A stretch of 64,000 nucleotides of DNA from Antedon mediterranea (lineage: Eukaryota; Animalia; Echinodermata): NCBI RefSeq assembly GCF_964355755.1, contig NC_092672.1, positions 27,038,437-27,102,436 on the forward strand, written 5' to 3'. Positions 52,067 to 64,000 of this stretch are shown one piece after another (the first letter of the stretch is position 1; the number at the start of each line of letters is the position of its first letter). Position numbers and translations under genes: made by a program. Under the pieces are notes generated by a model. The model did no database searches, was not told where the DNA came from, and worked only from the letters and a program-made list of their open reading frames with translations.

Positions 52067-54371
52067 CAGGCCCGTAGCCAGGGGGGTTTTTATGGTTCGG
52101 GCGAACCCCCCTTTACAGCGACACCCCCCCCCCACCCTCTTAACCGACTGCGAACTCCTATCCCCGACATCCACAATACCTCACCACAACCTCATCTCTG
52201 AAAATCCTCCAAATACGTGCCCCACAATACAAAAGGTTGTTTGTAAATTGAAAAATTTGTAAACTTGTTCGTGAATACCTTATTGTTAAACAAATGAATT
52301 GGTTGCCGATTTTTACCTGAAAAATAATACGAATTTTTGGTCCCAGGATGTAACATGATATTGACGCGAGCTTGGGCACGAACGAATCGTACAAAGAACA
52401 CCGCTAGACAACCGCGTACCTATTGTTTCGATCACTGGCAGTCAGCATGCATAAAGTATATAGCCTTCCGACGTACATCAAAAAATGGAACGCTGCGGTT
52501 ACCTACAATATTTATGTGTGGCTATGAAGTATAGTGTATCATCATCATCATAGAGGATTATAGTGAATTTAATATATTACACTATAATATCTATGGTATC
52601 ATGTACTGTAGTTTACATTAGGCCTATGGCATTCGATTATTTTTTTCTAGACCATCAGCCGATACGTAGGCCTACTCAACTGTATCAATACCACCTATTT
52701 ACATTGATATATTTAGTTTCCTCAACAAATTGCTGTAAATAAATATAGATAGAGCTATCAGGGGCGGTCGCAGGACTATTTTAAGAGGGTTGCCCAAAGA
52801 CTCCAGGGCTGTAGACACTGAGTATTTGAGCAAGCAAATTGTTAAATGACACCCCTAGATGGCCGCAAATAGTACTCTCGCACGTAAATTTATGATAATT
52901 TTTTTTTCGTTCAATGCAAACGTCGCGGGGAAGTCTCCGATTAAGGTACTTTTGGTACGGTAATACATTCTAATAACTGTACTCAATTAATGTAAATTAA
53001 TTATCAATTAATAATTTTAAAAAGTTGTACAAAAAATATGAAGCAGTTGCTATAAATATATTGAGCAAAAGGTTAAATTGTATAATTTGGAATTTTAATT
53101 CATTTAAAAATGCTAAATAAAGTCAGATGTTAAAACCACATTTTCCAAAAATTCATTTTCATTTATCCACTATAAACTTTACAAAAGTGTTGTTTTAAAC
53201 CACACTCCAAATAAAACAAAGAAAATAATGATAGGAAATTTGCAGAAAGAAGCAAACTTTGCTCTGTTACCGGTATAACACGGTTCAAATTTTGGAACGT
53301 CTATAAAATAACTACGGAAATTCGGCCTATTTACGACGAACGTACGGAAATGAAGATAAATAGGGTACTACACGCATCGGAAATACAACACTATACGCAC
53401 AATTATGATTTGGCCTAAAAATTGGCCTTAGATTATGGAAAACCCCCGGCAAAACGCAATAATTATGGACAAATCGATTATTAGCCTTGGCAATATGCCT
53501 AATATTTAAAAAGAATGAATATAGGCTATATTTCGTTTGTCGATGAATTTTTTAAATCATGTGTGAATGATTGATCCATTAGAGGTAATCTGTGATGGTT
53601 CTAGTAACACTGCTATGCGTGCGTAATTTGTGAATAACGTAGTAGTATGCTACATACACGAGCCTAGATAGGGAGGATCTGTACTGTCGTTCATTGCGAG
53701 AGGAGGGGGAAGTCCGGTAATGTGTCATGAAAAATGTAACAAGCCAGAGATGAAATAAAATTACTAACATTTAGCTGATTGTCGTTGTTTTAGTCGTCGT
53801 CAGAAGTTTATCGACCGACATCTATTTCTCATGTGTAGTAGAGCGTTTCTTTGATTGAATAATTTTTTTTGTATTATAACACAAGTTCATTTTGGATTTT
53901 CAGTAAATTACCAATTGTTTATTCAAAGTCAAACTGTAACTAATCCCTCACTATTCAATCAAAATGTTATTATACTACTATATTGTTGAAAAATGGATTG
54001 CGTGACTTGAAAATAGATTGATAGTAAAATGTAATAAAGACACGTTCTTGTCTGGTTATTAGGTATGCATGCTCTGATAAAGCAGAAGATTATTTTTGTA
54101 GCGTTCCATTTAAAATAGATTTTATTACAAAGAAATATTTTGGTTGTGAAGGTCGTTTTAACAATGAGGCTAAGCCTATCAAGTTCCGTGTCCGGATTGT
54201 ATACGATGAAATGGAACTAAATTTCAATTTAGTGGCAGAAACAACATTTAGTATGAAATTAAGGCTGTTGCCCGGGCCACAAGGGAAACACAGTGACAGT
54301 GGGACAGTGACCCAAATACTTAGTGTCCGAACCCCCCCCCCCCCCCTTGACAGATCCTGGCTACGGCCCTG
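52067..54371. mobile_element. Second copy of the same hAT-like family in opposite orientation, 5-bp TSD TGTAG, with a nested related end at 52759
   Basis: Ends CAGGCCCGTAGCCAGG / CCTGGCTACGGCCCTG; TGTAG at 52062-52066 and 54372-54376; CAGGGGCGGTCGCAGG at 52759. Confidence 0.85.
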
Positions 54372-57097
54372 TGTAGGTCAACAAATTGTGCAATCAATGA
54401 CAAACCAAAAGGTCGCCGACTACACATTTCGGAAAAAGAGCCAATCCATTACAATGAACTCTAAAAGCGCATTGAAGATAAAAGATGATGTGGTCAATGT
54501 AGATCCTTTACTTCTATTTCAACGACTTGTAACTGCCGGCACAAGATGCGATAATGTATCAGATATATTTAGATTGTTTGAATCACCAGATATGATGAGG
54601 TCTGCAAATAAAGCTAGTTTAGCTGATAGTTTGTGGTCAACAGCAATCGAGGTTGCTCCAGAACCTCCTGGTCAAATTCAGTACGTCTTAGATGGAGGAG
54701 CACTACTTCATAAAATTCCATGGACAAGAGGGGCTTCAGGGGTGACATTATGAGAGTATACACTAAATATGTTTCTCACAAATATGGAAAATCCATTGTT
54801 GTTTTTGATGAGTACGATAACTCACTAAGTACAAACGACTGTACACATACAAGGAGAAGTGGTGGTGGTGGTGGTGTAGCTGTACACTTTGACCAATCTA
54901 TGACATTACAAACCAAAAAAGAAGAATTTCTGTCAAACGTTCAAAACAAACAAAGATTCATTAAGATTTTGGGAAATAGTCTTGAAAAAGAAGGTTGTAT
55001 TGTTCACCACGCAGAAGCTGACGCTGACTATCTTGTGTCGAAGATGGCTCTGTCCTACGCAGAACAAATAGGCACGGTTGTCATCGCAGATGATACAGAT
55101 ATCCTGGTCCTCCTTATCCACCATGGTGGTCACACCAAACATAATGTATGGTTCAAGCCAAACCAAAGGAAAGAAACTAAAAAGGTGCAACGATGTTGGA
55201 ACATTGCGGCAACAAGACTTGACCTTGGCAGCGACGTTTGTAAATAATATCCTATTTTGTCACGCGTTCCTTGGATGTGACACGACATCGCGATTTTTTG
55301 GTATTGGGGAAATCAAAGCAGTAACTAAAGTAAGAAGTGACTGTTTCTTTTCTGAACAAGCCAAAGTGTTTATGACTTGTAAGGCAAACAGACAGGAGGC
55401 AATTGCAGCGGGTAATAACGCCATTTTGTCTTTGTATGGTAGCAGCAATAATGAAAACCTAGATGAATTGAGGTTTCGTAAATTTCATGAAAAGACTACA
55501 TGCAGTACTAAAGCAGTTCATCCACGTTCTTTACCCCCAACGGCATCAGCGGCAAAGTATCATAGTCTAAGGGTGTACCAACAAGTTCAAGTTTGGCTTG
55601 GAAATGAAGAAAATGTACCTCCAGATAAATATGGATGGAAGATCAGCCAAGGCAGGATGATACCATATTTGACGGACAACCCCCCAGCACCACAATTGCT
55701 CCTACAAATCATAAGATGCAAATGCAAAACAGGCTGCTATAATATGAAATGCAGCTGTAGGAACAATGGATTAGATTGCTCCATGGCATGTAGTGAGTGT
55801 CGAGGTGTATGCGCAAACATTTCACTAGATGATAATAAATATACCGATTCTGAAGATTCAACAATGGGTTTGTAAAATCAGACGATTGGTAAATATTCTC
55901 TACCAGGCCTATTTGGATATTTTTCTGTTTTGTGTGTTTTTAGAGTAAATATAAACAGAATAATGAATAGTTAAATGTTATCTTGGGTGCTGATCTATGA
56001 AGAAATATAACACCAATATATTGCCCGAATTACTAAACGTTTTCTGGATAGACATCAAAGGTAAAAATAATTACTTTCGCATTGACTATATACACAGACA
56101 TTTTTTATTAGAGTGGATATCCTTCTGAGTTGTTTGACACAAAAAATGCTCATCTAAACCCATAGTTCACAAAGATACAAATATATAAATATAATAGTTG
56201 AAAGCTTCCGGTCATTTTCTGTAAAAATAGTTTCATTAGAGTAAATAAATATGGTTCTTCTGAATTGTTTAACACAAAAGTTACGCTTATTGGTCACCGA
56301 GATACAAAAAATAAATTTAGTGAGATATGAAATAAAGAATATATGTTAACGGTCAAAACGATGACTTTTTCATTAGAGTGAATATAAGCATAGACCTTTT
56401 GAATATTTTGACACAAAAAATGCTCATCTACGCCCATTGGTTACAAAGATATGAATATACCAATATAATAGGTCAAAGGTCAAAAGAGTAGTTTCCGGTC
56501 ATTTTTTTGTAAAAAGTTTTATTAGAGTGAATATAAATAAGGGTCTTCTGAATTGATTAACATAAAAATTACGAAGTTACGACTATTGGTCACCGAGATA
56601 CAAAAAATTGAATTAGTGAAATAATATAAAATAATGAATATGAATATGTCAAAGGTCAAAATGATGTCGTCTGGTCATAATACACAAAACGTTTTTATTA
56701 GAGTGAATATAAACATAGACCTTCTGGGTATTTTGACACCAAAAACGCTTGTTTACGCCCAGTGGTTACCGAGATATGAATATGCCAAAATAATAGGTCA
56801 AAGGTCAAAAACATGGATTCCGGTCATTTTTGATAAAAAACTTTCATTAGAGTGAATATAAATATGGGTCTTCTGAATTGTTTGACACCAAAATTACCAA
56901 GTTCGGCCAAGCGGTTACTGAGATATACAAATATATAATTTGACCCTCATGACCTCTTGACCCCTTAAAAAAGTATGTTCCACTGAACCGATTTTGGTAG
57001 ATTTTGGAAATGTTTCTTCCAGGAACATATAGAATCAAATAAAAAAGGTTAGGAAACTATTGCAATTTGTTTTGGGTCTATCGGTAGATTGACTGGA

Positions 57098-60000
57098 CTA
57101 ATATGACTTATGTATCTCAAGATCTTGTTCTGTTGTATACATCTTATCACAAGTATTGCAAATATATGTGGGTAATGAAATGTAATCAGAGTCTGAAGAA
57201 GGTGCTGGTGTCTTCCAGCCAATTTTTGGTTTACTTGGTGGATTATCTACAAAAAAACAGAACAAAAAAATGTGCCAAAGATATAAAAAGATAAAAACAT
57301 ACTTATAAAGCACTCATTTAAAATATATAATAATGAATAAAACGATTCATAGAATTTAACAAATTATTTTTGGGTTACTCAGTTGATTAAAAAAAAATCA
57401 GAATGTTTAATAACATATAGTAATCAATTATCAATATTAATACAATGACAATCATAAAATAAATACATTTACCATAAAGTACAATAACAAACTTCACATG
57501 TTTAATGTATACAGTAGCAATAATGTAATATCTAGGGAGCTTTCAATTCAACCACCTTGAACTTAAACATGAAACATTTGACCTGTAACCTTTGACCTTT
57601 TAAGTAAAGAATAAAATACACAGTTTGTAAGACTACTTACCATAAGAATCTCCAGCTGACTTGATGCTACCAGATGCTTTCAGTTTCCTGTGAGCTCCTA
57701 GACTTCCATTACCAGACCCTATTAACCTTTCAGACTGAACATTGTTTACTGGTATTCTTTTCTTTTCAGCTGTTGAAAAATAAGTAACATTGAAATTGAG
57801 CTGAGCTTCTGTTTTAATTGCAATATCCTTCACATATTGTGACACTGTACATAGAATCTGAGGAAGCATGTCCCAGTATCTTATTTAGAAAAGGAATAAC
57901 ATCTTCATTTACGAACCATACATTTATTTACCTGTTTTCCTTGTTGTTCCGTCGCGTGATGGTGGTCTTGGAAGATTAGAGCCGCTATTTTTATTATGTC
58001 TGTCTGCTGGAGGACTTCTAAACAATACAGTACAAGAAATTAATTTACAATTTCTGTTCTTTTAAATGTAAAGAACAGATACCTTTCAACTAACAATAGA
58101 CAGTTTTCAGAGGTGTAGGCAGGGTAGGGAGAGCGGGTGGGGGGATTGTAAACTATCACACTGCTCGCACCCCCAGCCTATGCCTCTGGTAGTAGTAAAC
58201 AAACAAAACTGTGAAGGATACTTGTGTTTATGTACATAGATGAAATAATTGCATACAAATGTTTTATACATTTTCACGCTGCTGCTCTAGCCAGCTACGT
58301 CACACGAGATGACTCATTCATTAGATGAAATCAAGCAGCAGTATAGTACTACACTTTGACATTTTTGTTAAAATGAAAACTCGACTATAATTTATAGGTA
58401 CCACCTGTTGAATCCAAAAAACGGCTGGGAAAAGAGTCTAATGACAAATCCCAAAGCATTTCTGGTATTTATGAGTCCCATGATATTACTATAAATCACT
58501 GTCAGATAATCATTGAATTAATTATTATCAAAACTGTCCATTGAAGTTTTTGTTTGTAATAGGATACTTGAAGCATCTAGGCTTGATGAAGTGACCCCCA
58601 AACTTGACCATAGCAATAACAATAAGCGAGCAGCGTTTTTTGTAAGAATATTCTTGTTTACTTCTACATGGTGTAAAGAGCTACAGAAAAAAGGAAAAAA
58701 AAAGGAAAAATCTGACTTTGCAAAGAGGTCATTTGAGGTCACATTTGGTCAAATTTTTGGTACATACTGTACATACATTTATACATACACCTACAGGGTT
58801 ACCATAACAACTGTTGCTATACGTAACTAAGGAAAATAAAATAATTAATAAATGTGGGGTTTCCAAATAATTTATTACATTTTACACTTCTACTGAGTAC
58901 TAATTAAATCACAAGAAAAAAAAGTTCCAACAAATTTGACTTAAGAACAAGGCCATATAGATGGCTGCAGTCGCGTGCTTAGTGTTTACCGACCGACCGA
59001 CCAACCTACCAACTGACCGAAATTACTGAACATGTTTAAAAATGTTGAAATGTTTAAAAACAGTTATATATTTTTAATTTACACGTGCGTAGCCTGTCAC
59101 CTTTGACATGCTCGTATAACGTAATTTCGAGTTGAAAAGTAAGTCAAGAAAACAAAAATCGGGCAAAAAGAGTGCGCAACAACATTTAATGCAAAAATCT
59201 GCGCACTCATGGCAATTTTGTAAACGCTTAAAATTGCCTGAAACGTACTCTTATTTCGTCGAAAATTAATTTTGAAAATTTTAAGCGCGCGTACGCATGC
59301 GTTACATGCGTTACGCACGTAATTGTATTGCCATATGATGATTTATGCCCTGAAATTTATGAGTACCAAATTTTATTTAATTGTGATTCATGGTTGTGAA
59401 GATATGATTACAAACGTGATTTCGTTAAATCGTGCGTAGACCGCGTAATTTTTTATTGCGCACCGTGAAAACATAACCACATCGATTCCTGGCCATAAGG
59501 AATATACTGTGAAAAATTGACTTAGCTAGATTAAACTGTTCAAGATAAGGTCAGAAAGCGATAAAACACATAGTGATACCGGACCGACAGACCGACAGAC
59601 ATAGTGAACTATAGAGTCGCTTCCACGCGACTAAAAAGGTTGAAATGCAAAATATAGCCTTAACTTACTTATATGTATACAAATCCCTGTTATCTGTTAG
59701 CCGATGTTTTGAAGCATTCTGATTAGACATTTGCTGATTTCCAGTAGACTGTTGCCAGAGTGGTACAGCTGGTCCAACCTTTGTTCTCTGGAAAGAAATG
59801 TATAAATTCTATTAGTATAAGAATTGAGACCTGGACATGCCACATTCATTGACATAACTGTATCACCATGACCTATACTTACCTTGGCAGTTGTTTGCTG
59901 GCCTTCTTCAAACAGCTTGTTAATGCCATCTCTCAGCATGTTGTTTGTTTCCTCCAACACCTCAATCCGAACATTGTTTGCTTGCATCTGTCTTGACATT

Positions 60001-63000
60001 GTATCAGAATCTTCAATAACAAATTTAAATAACAATAAGTTAAATCAAAAAGTGAAAGAATTTCTTTTCACAAGACTACAGACAATACAAGTTGTGAGTT
60101 GATTGTTATATAATAAAGCTTTGAAATATTGCTAGTAACATTACCACAGTGACATTTACTTAGATAACAACAACCACAATATCAACAACAACCACAAAAA
60201 TAGCAGCCACAACAACAGCCACAACATCACAACACAGCCAGGTCACTGTCAAGCCAGGACTGATCTGAGAGACATATTCTTCTAGTACCTTACTACAGCC
60301 CAGGCTTTTTAACTTACCTCTAGGCCTGGTCATTTTCAGACCAGTTGGCTGGTCTGGGTATTGGCAGATTATCCTCATCTTGTCTTCAGTTTCATTGAGC
60401 TGATCTTCTAGTGCAATGATCATCTTCTGAAGATCCTGAATTGAGTTCATCAGAAAATCCTTTTCAGTTTTCAATGCAGTACCTGAATCCTTGAAAAATA
60501 AAAAAAATCAATAGGTATTCGCTCGCGTACCATCTAGGTCGTGCCCACAGATGGTTCTCGAATACATAATAATTTCAGCGTTAAAAAACTGGCGATTTCA
60601 AATGTACGTACCGCAGGACAATAATACATGTCGTTTACAGGAACGAATAATTAGACACTGTGGTTTATGTACTGTAAAATTAGTACCCTGGGAATTACTT
60701 CCGAAAGAGAAACGTGTCACAAAATGAGACCAATTGTTTAAGTCAAATTTAAACAAACTTAAATTGTGTTTTGTATGTAACATTTGGGTTGAGGGATGGG
60801 AAAGAGGATGGGTGCAAAGAGGAACAATTTTTAAATATATTCTTTACCCATTTATTAACGAAATACAGTATTAATTGTTTTCATGTTTTACAAATAATAT
60901 ACCACAGTAAAACATTGCGATTTAATACTTTGTTGAAACTATCACCGTCATAGTCGATTGAAATAGTACAGTACATGTAACGATACATCACTACGACGTA
61001 TATATGTTTATATAATGTAAAACAATTTGTGAAAACCACCTCTATTCGGGGAAAATCATAAATTCGATTTAATCGTCAATAATATTAAATTATCTAACTC
61101 AACTTAATTAGTAGGCCTAATGGTTTTCAATTGTTTCTTAGAGCAAATTCATACTTAAGTTGGTTCCTACCCTACCCACCCCCTACCCTCCAAAGTTGTT
61201 CTGCGTTTAGGGCATGTGATGTACCGTAGGCCTATCCTCTACTGGTTTTACAACGCTACTCATGCCAGTGAGGGAAGGGTGCTGATATGGGTGGTTTAAC
61301 TGCATTAATAAAGATGTGTACATAATATACGGCGAGTGAAAACGCTAGCTCATTATCCGTTTAAACAAATTTATATCCAACCTCTGCAGCACAGATTGAA
61401 AAAAAAAATGGATCGAATTTCTGTTATGAGTATACAGTAACTCTACTTGCCTTTACGACGCCTGAGGGAATAGACGCTTGTGGAACAGAGATTGGAATGT
61501 TCCATTCATTTCAAATCAATACATTTATATAAACGTATGTTAAATCTATCAAAATAGTATTTTTTAAAGAAAATCGGCCTGTCTTCAATATTATGATGCT
61601 ATACTCGAGCTGTTCAACCGGTTTTCAGCCATTAAAAACAATTATCGTAGGAGGCGATAGGAAAATGCGAAGCATCCTCGTATTATTGTCTGCGGGTATT
61701 TTTCAAGACGGACATCCATTAGACAGTGTATACCAACATCGAAAAACACCCTATTTGGGGCAAATCGTTGAACCTAAATTCGTTTTAATCGTCAATAACT
61801 AATTATCGAACTCAATTTAGTTAGTAAACAGGGTTACATCAGGTGGTTAAAATCAGTACCGAAAGTACGAACCAACTTTATATACCATCGAGTAGAAATT
61901 CTAGAAATAACGCGCGATTTACCGAATTTTGCCCTTACGTAAATTTATATATAGATTGTGCTTTCAATTTTATTGCTTAGTGTGATACTAAGCATTTGTC
62001 TTTTCATTGCTCGTTATTTGTTCTAGCAGTTCTAACCAGAATAGTAATTACCTCCGCCAAGGAGGTTATGTTTTCACCCTGTATGTTTGTGTGTGTGTTT
62101 GTGTGTTTGTGTGTGTGTTTGTGTGTGTGTCTGTGAACAGCCTGGAGGCCACAGTTTTTATCCGATTCTAACCAAATTAGGACACAATGATCTATGCCCA
62201 AAAAGCTCGAACGAGTTCGAATTTGAGGGGTAAAGGTCATAGGTCAAGGTTACAACTAACAAAAAACTATTTTACTGCCTAGAGACCACAGTTTTGATCC
62301 GATTCTCACCAACCTTAGCCACAATGATCAATGACACATCATATAATTGTGGTTAAATTTTGAAGGGTCAGGGTCAAAAATCAAGGTCCACAAAAAAAAA
62401 GAAAAAAGAAATAAAAAAATAATTAAAAAAAAAACCCTCAGTGGGACTTGAACCAGCGATCTCAACTGTGAGAGGCTGGACACATAACCATTACACCACA
62501 CTGTCATCCACAACTTTGTAGTGTGCAGTTAACATATTTACACTTAGAACTAATAAAAAAAAATGTAAAAAAAAAAAATATTCAGGGGGCATTTTATGTA
62601 GGGGAATTTTACAGTAGGCGGAGGTTTGTACTCTCGGAGTACCCTCTAGTTAGGATATATAATTGTACTAAATACTCCAGTGGTTGAGGTTCAAACAACC
62701 ACCTACCCTGTCTTTAATGGGTTCATTTTAATGCACATAGACAGATACCCATGGTATCAATGTGATCTAAAGGCATATTAGGATGAAAGCACAACTAGAT
62801 GCTTATGATGAGTCTAAATTGATTCCCTATCATTGTGTCACCTCTCTCCTACTCTCTATTCAGACTGATGAATGAATATGTTCTACCTTCTCTTGCTTTA
62901 ACTCTTCTTTCGATGCTTTCAGTTCTTTCTGTGTTGATGTCAACTTATCAAAGGCCTTTTCATTTTCTTCTTCAATTTCATCCACCTTCTCTTTCAACTC

Positions 63001-64000
63001 TTCACATTCTTCATTAAGTTCATCGACTCGTTGTAACAGGGCATCATGTTTCACTTGTAAACCCTTACATAAACCAAAAGGTTAATTAAAACGTACAACA
63101 TAGTATGGCTCTTGGATACTTCATGTTTTCAGACTAATGAGTGTAATTAACCGATTAATTTAAAAAACAAAAAGTACTCATCTTTTTAAGAGTATGTGTG
63201 TGTTTGCATGTTTTACAGAATTAATCATTATGATGAACAAGTTCCCTAAATATACAATCTTTGATGGAGAGTATAATATACATTTTAAAATTAATGAGGT
63301 CTGCAGGTAGGCCAGATCCAGAACCATGACTGCAATTGTACATGCATTTAAAGCTGACATTTATTTTGTTAATGAGCTTCTTTTACAATCGGCTTAGAAA
63401 AACTGTTGGTAATGTAGCTGACTATGTTTTTGTATACTTCTATTCTTGGCCTGTTCTTTTGTTAGAACCCTGGCCTTTTCATCTAATTCAGTCAGGGTTG
63501 TTTTAAGCTCATTGTTGATGTCTTTCAAACTGGTTTCAAGTTCATCTATTTGTCCTCTGGCAATTCGATTGTCATCCAAATCATTTGTTAATTTTGCATT
63601 CCGTTGTTCTGTAAGTAAGTATTGAAAGAAGGAGTTTGTCAATGATAAAAATGTAAAAATAACCAAATGTTCAACCAATGCTATGTTGGATAGCCTTGGT
63701 TCTATTTTCTACTTTTTATAATATGAAAAATTGAATGTTGAAATAGGGTAGGTTACATGGATAGCCATGGAAGAATTTTAAGGCCACCCACCTTGATCCA
63801 GCACAACATCTATGCTACTGACAGTAATAATGCCTGGAATGTAATCATTTCACTTACCTAGGTCTTTCACAGAAACAACTTCCTTTCTCAAGATTGTGAT
63901 TTGTGCTTCAATATGTTTCTTTTTATCATTAAGTTCTTCATTATTTCTTTCTATTACTGATAATATTGATGAATGTTTTTGGTCAATTTCTTTCAACTTT
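57098..64000 (-). CDS. CCDC157: CCDC157-like coiled-coil protein, 3' part. Exons >64000-63858, 63608-63418, 63064-62887, 60489-60318, 60010-59883, 59787-59669, 58017-57932, 57769-57641, 57246-57098
   Basis: LQVKHDALLQRVDELNEECEEL, MRIICQYPD and MSRQMQANNVRIEVLEETNNML resemble recalled CCDC157 blocks. Exon phases chain consistently except for one non-GT donor at 63417. C-terminal CxxC-x12-H. Confidence 0.7.
58946..59637 (-). mobile_element. HINE/DINE-1-like element, same family as 27019-27824
   Basis: Reverse-complement match from TTTTTAGTCGCGTGGAAGCGACTCTATAG to GGCCTTGTT. Confidence 0.85.
60518..61955 (-). mobile_element. Non-autonomous Helitron, family of 9593-11062 (terminal CTAG lost, different middle segment)
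   Basis: CGCTCGCGTACCATCTAG.TCGTGCCCACAGATG at the left and TTACGTAAATTTATATATAGA at the right. Confidence 0.85.
62048..62651 (+). mobile_element. HINE/DINE-like element containing a degenerate tRNA-like segment (~62435-62505, minus strand)
   Basis: Subterminal IR ACCTCCGCC / GGCGGAGGT, (GT/TTGT)n microsatellite, 3' hairpin GTACTCTCGGAGTAC, CTAGTT end; minus strand TGTGGTGTAATGG...GGTTCAAGTCC. Confidence 0.7.

Larger units (their letters stand above)
50601..55875 (+). pseudogene. Academ protein remnant (transposase C-terminal part, XPG/FEN1-like nuclease, Cys-rich CXC-like finger); pieces 50601-50966, 52042-52066, 54377-55875 with frameshifts
   Basis: AIEQCLMRSIKTRGGL, YVLDGGALLH, VVFDEY, FLSNVQNKQRFI, HAEADAD, ADDTDILVLL, HAFLGCDTTS.FFGIG, LPPT..AA.YHSLRVYQQ, CKCKTGC...CSC...C...CSEC. 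Confidence 0.8.
49533..57100 (+). mobile_element. Academ (AcademX-type) DNA transposon, internally deleted, with ~1-kb internally repetitive TIRs
   Basis: Ends AAGTCCAGTCAATCTA... and ...TAGATTGACTGGACTA; long inverted homology ~49533-50540 vs ~56050-57100 made of ~120-bp subrepeats; flanks ATA(G) / ATA(T) fit a 3-4-bp TSD; encodes XPG-like nuclease and Cys-rich domain. Confidence 0.8.

Noticed and set aside
50967-54371. A single 3.4-kb element with 4-bp TSD TGTA
   Set aside because: The central spacer is Academ coding sequence flanked by two separate 5-bp TSDs.
58518-58680. Additional CCDC157 exon after the strong acceptor at 58681
   Set aside because: The in-frame reading reaches a stop and I found no phase-compatible donor; the flanking exons join in frame without it. 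Left unresolved.

Overview
AT-rich animal genomic DNA with spliceosomal introns and dense transposon debris. A Deu-domain SINE and frequent TAGGCCTA suggest a marine deuterostome such as an echinoderm (inference only). The window has four parts. (1) A tandem cluster of three secreted F5/8 type C (discoidin) domain genes on +: one single-domain gene (184 aa) and two double-domain genes (335 and 336 aa) lying in a ~14-kb tandem segmental duplication. (2) The 3' part of a CCDC157-like coiled-coil gene on -, entering from the right edge. (3) A ~7.6-kb Academ (XPG + Cys-rich) DNA transposon inserted three codons before the CCDC157-like stop, itself hit by two inverted hAT-like elements and a SINE. 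(4) Many retroelements and rolling-circle elements (CR1/L2-like, RTE-X-like, L1/Tx1, Penelope with a hammerhead ribozyme, Helitron, Helentron/HINE, tRNA-SINEs). Most notable observations: a divergent pair of near-identical tRNA-Asp(ATC)-like genes next to a co-oriented minimal hammerhead in a (TA)n-delimited module; an intron-split TG|A stop codon and a 4-nt deletion that explains the one-to-two domain change; transposon-end truncation of a C2HC zinc finger; and recurrent TA->TAGGCCTA and TA->TACWGTA micro-insertions that look like excision footprints. All gene models and coordinates were read by eye; no searches were run.
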